Below, one piece after another: positions 47,650 to 58,361 of a DNA stretch of 64,000 nt. Both the position numbers and the translations under genes were made by a program. The notes below the pieces were generated by a model. The model saw nothing but the letters and a program-made list of their open reading frames with translations, was not told the DNA's origin and searched no databases. Positions within the stretch are counted from its first letter, which is position 1, and each line of letters begins with the position of its first letter. Origin of the DNA: Spizellomyces punctatus DAOM BR117 (taxonomy: Eukaryota); assembly GCA_000182565.2 (NCBI GenBank), contig KQ257450.1; one strand, written 5' to 3'.

Positions 47650-48957
47650 TGTTTGGGGGGCGACCTTGTTGTCCGAGAGGGAATGGAATAGAGGTTATGT
47701 CGCGGCTGTTCCGGGTATGTGTTTGCGGGTACCTTGAAAGTTTATACAGGTCTGGTTGGTTAGGACGTTGCTCAATGAGGATCTGAATACGACAGGAAAC
47801 CAATGAATAAGTAAGTTCGACCATAGGCAGAATAATGAGGCGTAAGAGGGCGCCGGTCTGCGGTACCTTTTCAAAAGCTAACAAACAATACTTTCCAAAT
47901 CGTTTCAATGCTGAGGATGGTGGTGCTCTCTGGTCCGAGGAATAGGGGTGTTATATGAAGGGAGCGGTTGCTGTCGAATGTTCTGATTATACTTGGCTCG
48001 TCGAGAAATGTTGAGAAAACACCGTTAAAGGCACAGGTACAAGTTGATAGTTAGGAGAGTTGGGAGCAGTCTCGGAACAATACCCCCAGCGCATGCCACC
48101 CTCGAGTTAAAGAGTGACCCCAAGGAATGAAAAAAGGTGAACAAAACGAGCGCGTAATTATGGGATTCCCAAAATTTCGGCCCATCACTTCCCGTGACAT
48201 TTGGAATAGGGGAGATTGTTTGTATTATCGATATGCTTGTTCAGCTTCCCATGGAATTTTTGCGGGTCTATCGGTATGTACCTTTGAATTGAACAAGGCC
48301 CGCTTCGCGCCGTCATTCAATTTCTGGATTGGGGGTCTGAAGACCTAGACGAGTAGTGAACAGACGCGCGGTTGCTGACATAATCATATTATTGAGTTCG
48401 ATTCCAATGCATTGCATCATGTGATCTTGTTGCTATGACATGTACCCTGAGCTCGTTTGCCAACCCTGATGCGAAATCCCGTTGGGTATCTAAAGCGGCT
48501 CCAACAAGTATTTTGCCGTCATCTTTACTCCAATTTTCCTTACTTCTGAACGAATCCACGTAATTTCTTTACCTGGTTGAATTCGTAAGTCCAGATTTAT
48601 CTAGAGCGAGGGTCAAAAGACGGTCCATCTTGGATTTAATCGCACGCCGCATCTCACCATTTCACTCCGCCTTCAGTTAAACCTTATCGTCCCTCCTTGT
48701 CTAGATTGAGCGAGCATTATTGCAGACGCTGTCTCTTGACTGCTGTCTTTAGGATTATAAGAGGTACGAGTTTGTGTATGACCCGGGTCGTTGTCCATGT
48801 GTGCGAAAACACCTGTTCACCGTTCCCACAAATCTGTGTTTATCAGGCCGTGAAGCTAACATCTGTAACACTGTATCCCTTCTCACAGCATACCACTGAC
48901 CGCCGCATCGTACTCGTATTTCATACACACATACCCATACTACACAATCGTCATACC

Positions 48958-49917
48958 ATGTCCTCAGAAAATCTGAATGGCCGACTGGGACATCTCACTC
49001 CCCAGCAAGAGGAGACGCTAGCGCAATTCAAGAAGGAATTGGAGGCGGAAGGATATTATGATCCAGAAAAGAATGACGATCATAGCCTGCTTCGTTTCCT
49101 TCGCGCTCGGAAGTTTCTGATTCCTGCGGCAAAAAAAATGTGGATTGATTACCAGAATTGGCGCAAGGAATTTGGAACGGACGACATACTGCATAATTTC
49201 GACTTTCCCGAATATCCCGTGGTGAAGAAGTTTTATCCGCGATTCTACCATAAAACGGACAAGCTCGGTCGTCCAATTTATATTGAACAGCTTGGCGGTG
49301 TGGATGTCAAGCAGCTGTTTGCGGTTACAAACATTGACCGGATGTTGAAGAACCATGTGTACGAGTACGAGAAACTTGTTCATTACCGGTTGCCTGCTTG
49401 CTCAAAGAAGGCTGGTCGCTACCTCGAGCAAAGCTGTACAATTCTGGATCTGAAGGGAGTGTACATTACCCAATTCCCCAGCGTTGCAAACTTGGTCAAG
49501 CAAGTATCGACGATTGCTCAAAATTACTATCCGGAAATGTTGGGCAAAATGTACATCATCAATGCCCCCATGCTCTTCACTGGAGTATGGTCGGTCGTCA
49601 AAGGATTCCTTGATGAGGTAACGGTCAGCAAGATCAATATTCTGGGTTCAAGCTACAAGTCAAAATTGCTGGAGACGATCGATGAATCTTCTTTGCCAAA
49701 ATTCTTTGGAGGAACTTGCGAATGTGCTGGTGGATGCCAACATGCAGACCAGGGCCCGTGGAATGATGGGACGGTGGAAGGATATCCACAAGAGGAGTTA
49801 GAGAAGGTAAGCTACTATCTAATGTATGCTCCCTGCAAACATTTTGAAACTAACGGGGGCCTACTATAGTTTAATCGGCTTTACGGACCCAATGTGGGGA
49901 CAGTTGCCAAGAGCTAG
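48958..49917 (+). CDS. SEC14: Sec14 phosphatidylinositol/phosphatidylcholine transfer protein
   Basis: GHLTPQQEETL, LLRFLRARKF, YPRFYHKTDKLGRPIYIEQLG, QNYYPEMLGKMYIINAP, LPKFFGGTC, DQGPW; final intron about 49807-49870. Confidence 0.97.
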
Positions 49918-50051
49918 AGGAGGATACAAGCCCCAAAATTTACAAATGGATATTGTATCAGTTTATCAATACTATACCAGTATTGGCACCCGTGTAGAAA
50001 GCCGCAAGCTCCATCAGAGCACTTCAGTAAACCAATTGTTGACAACAGTAT

Positions 50052-51174
50052 CTAATCGTCATCAGAGTCATTGTCCTCTGCCATTAGACCAGCAGCATAT
50101 CCCGTTCCCGTAAATTGCATCAACACTGAAGCTGTTTCATCCGACTTTGCAATGTCGACGGCTGATTTCCCATCATTGTTTCGAATTCGTGTGTCTATTC
50201 CCTCTTGGTCAAGAAGCTGTTGGACAACTTTTGTGTGGCCGCCTTCAAGTGTAAAGGTATAAGTGTCCCGCAAAGTGCCCATCATGCCAAAACCCTGCCG
50301 CAAATCTTACCCCACGCGGCTAGATGCAAAGGCGTATCGCCCAGCTTGTTCTATGTATACAAAATAGACCATTTAATCTTTCACACTCGAGCGGATGGGC
50401 TAGTCAGGAGAGCTCTACCTGAGGATTCAACGCGGGTCGCCTCTGTAATAATAACGCAACGATCTGCGCATGACCTCCACGACAGGCCCAATGAAGAGGT
50501 GTATTTCCAGCTTTATCCAAGCCATTTACGGATACTCCTGCCGAAAGGAGTTCTTGCGTAAATCCGACATTTCCTTTCAAATCGTCAATTTAGGGAATAT
50601 GTTCTTGTTCAATGGCTCCTTTGCATGACTCTATGCTCACCTCGCTTGGCAGCTTCTACATACGCAGATAAAAGTTGCTTTAGCTCTGAGATCTTCAGAA
50701 AACAGCAAAGAGTCTAACCATGTAAAGGATTGTCTATCTCGGCCGTATTTTCTCCAACTGAGACGAAAAATCGTTTGTAAAAGCATTTTTCAAAACAAAC
50801 CCACATGTCCCGATCCAAACTTTTGTACTGTTTTCGTACCATAGTTTCTAGGAACAAACCCTTCTCGCTCGTTACAACGACATTTCCACCAGTGTTCTTC
50901 GTCCTTGTTTAGTACACTTGAAGCAAGCAGAATGAAAAACAATCGTCTCTGTAGAGAATTCTCATCATGAAACGTACAACAAGACATCTCCTTCATTGAA
51001 ACTCAATTCATCTGAACGTTGAGCAGTATAATCGTACAGCGCACGGACGACTTGAATTTCCTTTTTACCTGGCCTAAACCAAAAACATGCATGTAGTTGA
51101 ATCAATTCTGTACAAAGTTCTTTTCTTGTAAATGTGTTTCGTTACCGTGTGGGACGAGGAGGTGGAGCGGCCAT
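50052..51174 (-). CDS. OSTF1: OSTF1-like SH3 plus ankyrin-repeat adaptor
   Basis: Pro-rich N-terminus MAAPPPRPTRPGK, SH3 (VVRALYDYTAQRSDELSFNEGD...WWKC...GFVPRNY), IDNPLHEAAKRGN, ankyrin repeats (LDKAGNTPLHWACRGGH; NKLGDTPLHLAAWGGH) and acidic tail. Confidence 0.9.
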
Positions 51175-51469
51175 GCTGGTAACGACGTCTATAAATCAAT
51201 TTGACAAAACAATCTTTAGGTGGCAGAGGGAAACGGCAAACGCGAATGCAGCCATGTCCACGATGAGTCAGCACGGGGCGATCAAAGAGCTCTGGTATTT
51301 CTGCGCAGCGGTGAATGACATTAGTATTTGGGAGCAAAACACTCTACTGGTCAGCAACAATATCTGGAAAGCCCACATTGTTAAATATTAAATACAGTAG
51401 GGATGCCACTAATTTCAAAAAGAAAATCGCTGTACTCTGCTCACACTCTACATCCCTCCAACAACACTT

Positions 51470-51931
51470 TCACACCCGAATCTCCACCGCAGGCGACTCA
51501 AGCTTCCTCCGAGAATTAAACCTCGAATCCAAAAAAACCTTTGACAAAACCAACGTAACCCCCAAAACAGACTACCCAAAAAAACCAACCGTTAGTAAAC
51601 CATCCCACTATTTCCTAGATCCACCAAAAACACAACCTCACACAGTATCGTCACAAATCCAGCAGTCGCATCAACCAACTTCATGTATATCGCAGTAATG
51701 ATTAACCCAGTGGTAAACATGACTGACCACGCAAGAGAAATGTCCTATAAAACACAATGGAAACCAAACACTAGGATTCAGGGGCTCTAAAAGTGATGGT
51801 AATGCATGTTGCCTTGCCTTGGCAGACCGGTTTTTCCACATTGTGTAGAGTTGTGGTAAAAGGCATATAGCTAGTATGCTACCACCGAGGTATCCCAGCA
51901 CTGTAGTGGCGACGGACGTAGTCCCGTCCAT
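51470..51931 (-). CDS. SemiSWEET-like single PQ-loop (3-TM) transporter, 107 aa
   Basis: Exons 51931-51818, 51744-51637 and 51571-51470 give MDGTTSVATTVLGYLGGSILAICLLPQLYTMWKNRSAK/DISLAWSVMFTTGLIITAIYMKLVDATAGFVTILCE/SVLGVTLVLSKVFLDSRFNSRRKLESPAVEIRV*. Confidence 0.82.
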
Positions 51932-52072
51932 TTTCTATGAGTGGTCCAGCGGAGAATGAAAACTTATTATGCTTGTTGTGGTCGCTGCTCTAAGAAGTGG
52001 TAAAGTGGTTACCATGTTTACGGAGTTATGATATAAGTATGTAGGTTGCATATTGTCTGTCATTTTCTAAAT

Positions 52073-52144
52073 GGGGGTTTAGATCAGTGGTAGATCGTCC
52101 GCTTTGCATGCGGAAGGCCGCGGGATCGAGCCCCGCAACCTCCA
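52073..52144 (+). tRNA. tRNA-Ala(UGC), copy 3
   Basis: Identical 72-nt sequence to copies 1 and 2. Confidence 0.96.
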
Positions 52145-52370
52145 CTAAGCTTTCGTTTGGATAAACTTTTTGCTTTCCGCTCCTACCAAATTATTCTCGT
52201 TGGTTGTGAGACAGATGCATGATAATATGGTTGCTTCCATTTGTATTGCCGGGACACAGATTTTTCTCTCCTTTCCAATAGTTTTCCCCGTTCTTATGCA
52301 AATAAGCCAATCAACAATACGGGCCCGATTCATAACACATCTTATTTCGTTGTGTATATCGTTGTGAATA

Positions 52371-54992
52371 TCAAATACAATCTTCCCTGCCCTGTTCAGA
52401 TTTGCTAATGTTAGGCAATGATGCCAAAATCCGAAAAAACTCGTGGCATCGCTAGACATCACGCAGTGAGTGTGAGACTTGCTTAGTTACAGGCATCAAC
52501 ATGCGCCCAACATACTTGTTGGATTTCCAGGCTTGGCGACTCCTTCAGCGCCTCCACGGTAGAGATTACAACGGGTGGACAGGTTCCAACCCTTTGTACG
52601 AGTTTGTTGATACATTGGAGGACATAGCTTGTAGTGGACAGATCTGTGCCGCGAAGATGTCAAGTATACACATCGCCGTGGAGATTCTCTAGTTCTCACT
52701 CGCTCACCTTCAACTTTTGGTGCATTGAGTAGCCGGCCCATTCTATCTAGAACATCATGCGCTTCTGATGGGACAGTAATAAACTCTGACAGTACCTGGT
52801 CAACCACCAGTTACTTTTATCCCCAGGTAGAAGCAGATACCACAAGGGTTTATAATGATCTTACCCATACGGCAAATTGCAGTAGCGTCACGTCCATCGC
52901 ATCCTTGACCAATATCTCCAAGCATTCCTTGACACTTAATTGCACAGCACCCGCATCTTCTTGTAACAGAACCGCATTCAAGCGACTGATGACAGAGGGT
53001 CGCGCATCCTGGTGCACCGAATGCAATGCTTGAAATAGAATTCTGCAAGTTTCTTCCGATGTCACCGATAATGTAGATAGATCAGAACAGCAAAAAAGTT
53101 AAGGTAATGCACGCTCAAATATGGGTATTGACGTGCAAGGAAAAAAGGATATCGATTGAGAAGGTTAACAAGGGTCTCGCACATCCGAAGCTGAGTACAC
53201 GCATCCCCTGATTTGCGTAGGTGGTCTAACACATGATCGACTATCGAGTGGTAGTCCTCCTTGGTAGCCACCAAGCAAAGGATTTTCAATCCCTAAGCCA
53301 ATCGGAGCACCAAAGTTGGACAATTATATATATCTGTATGCGACAGAAACGGTACATACCATTTGCTCCAGTGAATCATCGCCAGACCGTAAGGATTCTT
53401 CTACCTCAGCTCTAAACCGTGAGAGTATGTCCCCAACGTTCGCACCTACAAGCAGGTATAGCCCCGCAAGTCCGAGATACCGAAGATTACTATTCGCCGA
53501 TTGAAGCAGCCGGGACAGGATTTCCGGCGCGCATCCGAGATGATCGGTAGAAGCCACTGGAGCGACAATGCTCAAAGCCTTAATCCCTCCATAGATAATC
53601 GCTGCATTTGCAAACTGGTCATGAATAGCACTGACAAACTTTTAGAACTGGCGCCCAAATTACCGTACGATGCATCTCCTCCATCTTGGGCATTTTCCAA
53701 GGTGTCAAGAATGACAGGATGAGCTGTCTGAGCTGCCCTGCGCTGTAATAAGCCATCCGTTGCGCATTCACAGCTCGGACACATGCTCTTACTTCATATC
53801 GCAGGCACCTAACGTTCCGATTATCTCAAGACAATCGAGCTGTATCCACGGAGCGGTAACTCCATGGAAGTCATATTGCGTTGCCAGCCGGCCGTTAATC
53901 GCTTGTCGATGGATGTGAATGAACGCCGACAGAAGTGGGAGGTATGCCTTTGTGTCTGTCTACATAAATGGCATCTATGAGAACACAGTCTTAAGCCACT
54001 TGGAGGGATTTCCCGGAACTGACGTTACGGGATTGACACAGCAGGGTCCGGTACGTGGTCAATGCCACACTCATTACACCAGGATCCTGATCTGCTAGGA
54101 CTCGTTTCAATTTGCTAACTGCAACTGCCATCGCGGTTGGATTTATGGTTGAGAATTTGCGTATCACGGCAGCGGCACGCTTTCGCACAAGTGCATTCTG
54201 TATATAGATGGGGGTCTCAAAATAACCGTGCGTTTCGCAAAAAGAAAAGTTAGAATAGGAATCTGTACATGCCTCATGACGAAGACAGCGCAGGACGGGG
54301 GACAACAAAGGGGAAATCATATCGGCGTTGGCTATCCCACATAGAGCTGCTAAGGCAAGAGCTTGTTCATTGATGTTGTCACTATTGAGATCCTGTGAAA
54401 TGTTGAAGCATTCTCACTTTTACTCAACAGCGAGTGTATTCATGTGAAGGGGTACAAACATACCCGTTGCAAAGTGTTTACCATCAACAGGCTGAGTTCA
54501 TGTCGTTCGTGCAAGAACATGGACACGCAGAGATACCCTTCGTCACCACCACAGAAAAATGGCATTACGGTGCTGTGAATAGCACCCTATATAACAGACA
54601 AATGGCCTCACCAACGTGCTTTTCGTAAAGCGATTTTGCGTCGTGCGTCAGCATAATTGCTTTGACATGGGCAAAATCCGCGGTACTGTAACCCATAGTT
54701 TCGCAGAATAGACATCGCAAGAGATACTCTGCTGTACAGCGTACGGCTGTTTCATCTTGGGATGAGAGATTGATTCGCAAGGTCTCCACCTCGGCTTTTA
54801 GAATTTGGCGCTCCTGTTGTTTAGTTTTTGCAAACGCTACGGAATTTAGCAGCCGTCGAAACTCTGGGGTTAACTGACTATTTTGCCATGTATCTCGCTC
54901 TCTGTTTGAAGAGAGGGTACAGCTTGAGCACACAAGAGAATATATCAGACTGGAACAACGTTTGCTTGTTACCGCTGTGGTGATGGCTCCAT
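52371..54992 (-). CDS. AP4E1: Adaptor complex AP-4 epsilon subunit (trunk domain only)
   Basis: EYLLRCLFCETMGYS..FAHVKAIML....LYEKHVGYLCVSMFLHERHELSLLMVNTLQRDL; LVRKRAA; YDFHGVTAPWIQLDCL; SANSNLRYLGL; terminal SLEIQQRCHEF then stop. Start codon is approximate. Confidence 0.82.
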
Positions 54993-55220
54993 GACGGGCG
55001 AAAGCCATCACCCAACGACATGCAACAAGAGTGACGCGCGCTGATGAGTTCACGTGAAACGTCCAGATGGTCGGACTTCTTCCTTCACTGTCTACTGTCT
55101 CACGTATGTCAGATTAACATACGAAATCGTGTGTGGAGTGATCTCTGTAGGAGTTTAACGGGGACGAAGTGGACGTCTGCTGGGTTGCAATATATTCCAC
55201 GCGAGAGCGTACTTTCTTCA

Positions 55221-57399
55221 ATGGAGGATTCACGCCATAATGTACACACCACACTTGCCGAGGCTCTCTCCCAAGAACTCGGTGAGAACATGCAAGACGG
55301 CCGGCAATCAGACGTGAGCTCGCGTAGTTTATGCAAATCATATGCTATGTGTGTGGGCTCACCTTTTGTTTAGATAATTACTTTAGTTTCCCGTCTACCT
55401 GAATCGGCAGATACTAACAAAAGTTCCTACCGTCCCTCTTCCCCGTCTCCGAGAGCTGTACGATCAGCTTCTTCCCCTTTTACGCCTTTAACAAACATCT
55501 TGTCAAACACATTCTCCAACCGACACGACTCTTCCCCATTTTCTACTGTCGGAAAGTCCTTAAAGTCACGGGTGGAGAGACAATCGCCATTCCAGAAGGA
55601 AAATGACTTATATGTAAAGACTGCTCTTGAGGCCGCCGATAGGAATGTCGTTATCGTGGCATCGTCGCCTGGTACCGCAACCAGGATTCAGTCGTCTTCC
55701 CGAGGAGAGGAGTCTCCTTTACCACAGCACTCGGACAATTCCGGGCGCAACGTTTCCAATGAAAATGCTGATAACTCTTATCCGACATCTCCGCTAATAC
55801 ACACAGACGTACCGGATGGTAGCAATTTGATGGACGATGATGGGAGACGTACTTCTCTCGATGTTTTCTCCAAATCAAATCCCAGCACTATTTCAAGAGA
55901 AGGGAAGGAGTTATCTGGCCAAGGGTCGGACGGACTTATGGGGGACATAACAATAGATTCGAATGGCGACAGTGCCCATAAGCGAGGCGATCCCGAGCAA
56001 TCGCAATCGTCAACACTCCTAAACATCACCGCCCTCCCTCCTTCACAGGAATCTGTTGCTATGCCGGATCTGCACCCCGGTGCTTTAGTAGATACGGCGG
56101 CTGCAATCCCGCAACCAGGAGAAGGACATAACGGTCGTGCCGAACACCGATTTAATCTGCAAGCGGAGTTCTCCAACCTTCAGTACCCACGCAGTATCCA
56201 CTCCAATTTTGAATTCCATCCGAAAATGACTCCAGTCAAGACATCCCTCAACCCAATTGCCATTGCCGAGTTTGATCCTTTGAAGCCGCCTGGTCCGAAC
56301 GACTGGTTTATGAGGTTCGAGAGCCCACAAGCTGCCATACAGGCGGCATCACCAGGCCCTCGCACGCCGGTTGGGCAGAGTCGACATCAACCGCAACTCA
56401 TCAGTCCTCCACCATCGCTGTTGGATTCCATAATCGAGTGCCCCACTCCCTCTAGTATGCCAAAGTATACTGAGAAAGATATGGAGGATGCGAGACGGAC
56501 ATTGCTGGCAAAGGTAAGTTTAATGGTAGACAAAAGAGCAAGCATTTTGACATCATGGAATGCCGACTTTTGTCTCGCTGTCTTCAGTTCCAGCAAGAAT
56601 ATGAAATAGTGAAGTCGGAGATTTGCGATCTGGAACAAAGGCACGCAGCTGGTCAGGAAGAAAATGAAAGTATGAAGATGGCATTGAACGAATGGGATTC
56701 TATCATGCAGAGAATGCTAAGTATGTTCGGTTCGCTGCGTTGATGTATCGTCGTAATTTTACTACAAATCGCTTTGGCTAACTTGCGTTTCAACGTTCCG
56801 TGGTTTCATTAGCGGACAAGCAAAAGAAAGAAGGACAGCTGAATTTGGAAGTTGAGAAACTGGAAACCCAGGTCGAAGCGATGCGAAACGACAAGAAACG
56901 CTTGCAAGAAGACAATGATTATTTAGAGCACAAATGGAAGCAGACCCGCATGAATTATGATGATTTAAAAGAGGTAAGGACACCAGTTTTCATCTCAACG
57001 TCAGTTATGGAGCCTGAATTGCTATTCCTCAGTCCGGAGCAAAGTTGACGGACCAGATTGAGTCACTCAAAAGGGATTTAAGCGCGGCGGACACTCGATT
57101 TGAGGCTCTAAAAGGACATGCCGAACAAAAATTGGAAGAGTAAGTTTACTTTCCGCGATCTATATGGCCATTCGCTCATTTTCAAGTGTTAACCGCGCCA
57201 CCTCAGAGCAAGCAATGAGCTATCACGCGTGCAGTTGGCGTACGAGAAGGAGGTGTCTGCCCTCAAGGCGAAATTATCCAGAGCAGAGATTCAAATAAGC
57301 ACGTTGGAGCGAACAGTGGAAAGCAAGACGCAGGAAAACCAGGAGCTCACGAAAATATGCGACTCTCTGGTCGCACAGCTGGAAGAGAGGGGTAGTTGA
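55221..57399 (+). CDS. TACC: TACC-domain (transforming acidic coiled-coil) protein
   Basis: Disordered Ser/Pro-rich N-terminus; KYTEKDME; C-terminal RFEALKGHAEQKLEEASNEL...LERTVESKTQENQELTKICDSLV (TACC_C signature). Confidence 0.88.
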
Positions 57400-57482
57400 G
57401 CGTCATTTCTATTAAGCATATTTATATTATATTAACAATTGTCCTAAATGTCCCAATTGTCTTTTGTCATCGTGCACGGCTC

Positions 57483-58193
57483 TCATGACTTTCTTTTCCA
57501 CAATGAAAGCTTTTCGCCATATTCCTGACGTGTTCTGCTTTCAAATGTGTCTAGGACTTCCTCTATGAACACCTCTTCAAAGTGTGGGGACAGCAAGGAG
57601 CGATAAATATCGACCGACAAAGCAAATGGTGGTCCGCCCTCATGATTGCTCAATGGATACATGTATGCAACAAGATGGCCACCGGGACGAATGAGTTCCG
57701 CTACTTTGGTTGCCCACTGGGCACGAAGTGTTGGCTGCAGAGCGCAAAGAAACCTTTGGGGCGGTTACTGACATTGTTTGTACATCCTGGTCAACGACAG
57801 ATTGAAAACATACGTGTGATCATATACAACATCAAAGGAACATTCCGGGGTATACTGAAAAAAGTCCGCAGTGACGAAACGGGCTTTATGTGCTGGAATG
57901 GCCTTTTCTTCCCGCAGCTTCTCTGCAACCTCTTTTGCCTTGGGACTAATGTCTATACCTACAACATAGTCTCTGCCGCTCGTATTGGATAACAAGAAGA
58001 CATCCCAACCACTTCCACAGCCAGGTACCAACGCCTTTCCTTCGTTAAGCTGTGGGAATTCGTTTGATTCTATTAATCCTTGAAAGGCCGGTGCTGGTGC
58101 ACCGTGATCCCACAATGTGACAGACTCGGACCAGGCTTTTTGCCACCCATCGGGTTGCGACAGCAGTTCTAGCATTCGACTTCGGTCGGACAT
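57483..58193 (-). CDS. Thiol/halide methyltransferase (TPMT/HOL-like, SAM-dependent)
   Basis: GWQKAW....LWDHG.P.PA, ALVPGCGSGWDV, GIDISP, ADFF, FDVVYDHT/FLCAL.P.LR..WA, YP.....GGPPFAL; one intron. Confidence 0.9.
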
Positions 58194-58361
58194 ATTCGTC
58201 GACAACCCGTTTGCTGATGATTGATCTACCGTCGAGTTGAATGACGTCCGCGTTGGGACTTAAACTCCGCTAGTGAGGGCTTAGTGTATCCAGTGTGGCG
58301 GAGGACAAGAAGCCTTTCCGTGAGCAAGCGCGTCAAACTGTCAACCCAAAACGCGGACGCG

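Noticed and set aside
24740-52144. tRNA copies as SINEs or mobile elements
   Set aside because: Identity is limited to the 72-nt mature tRNA; no shared body, tail or target-site duplications in the flanks.
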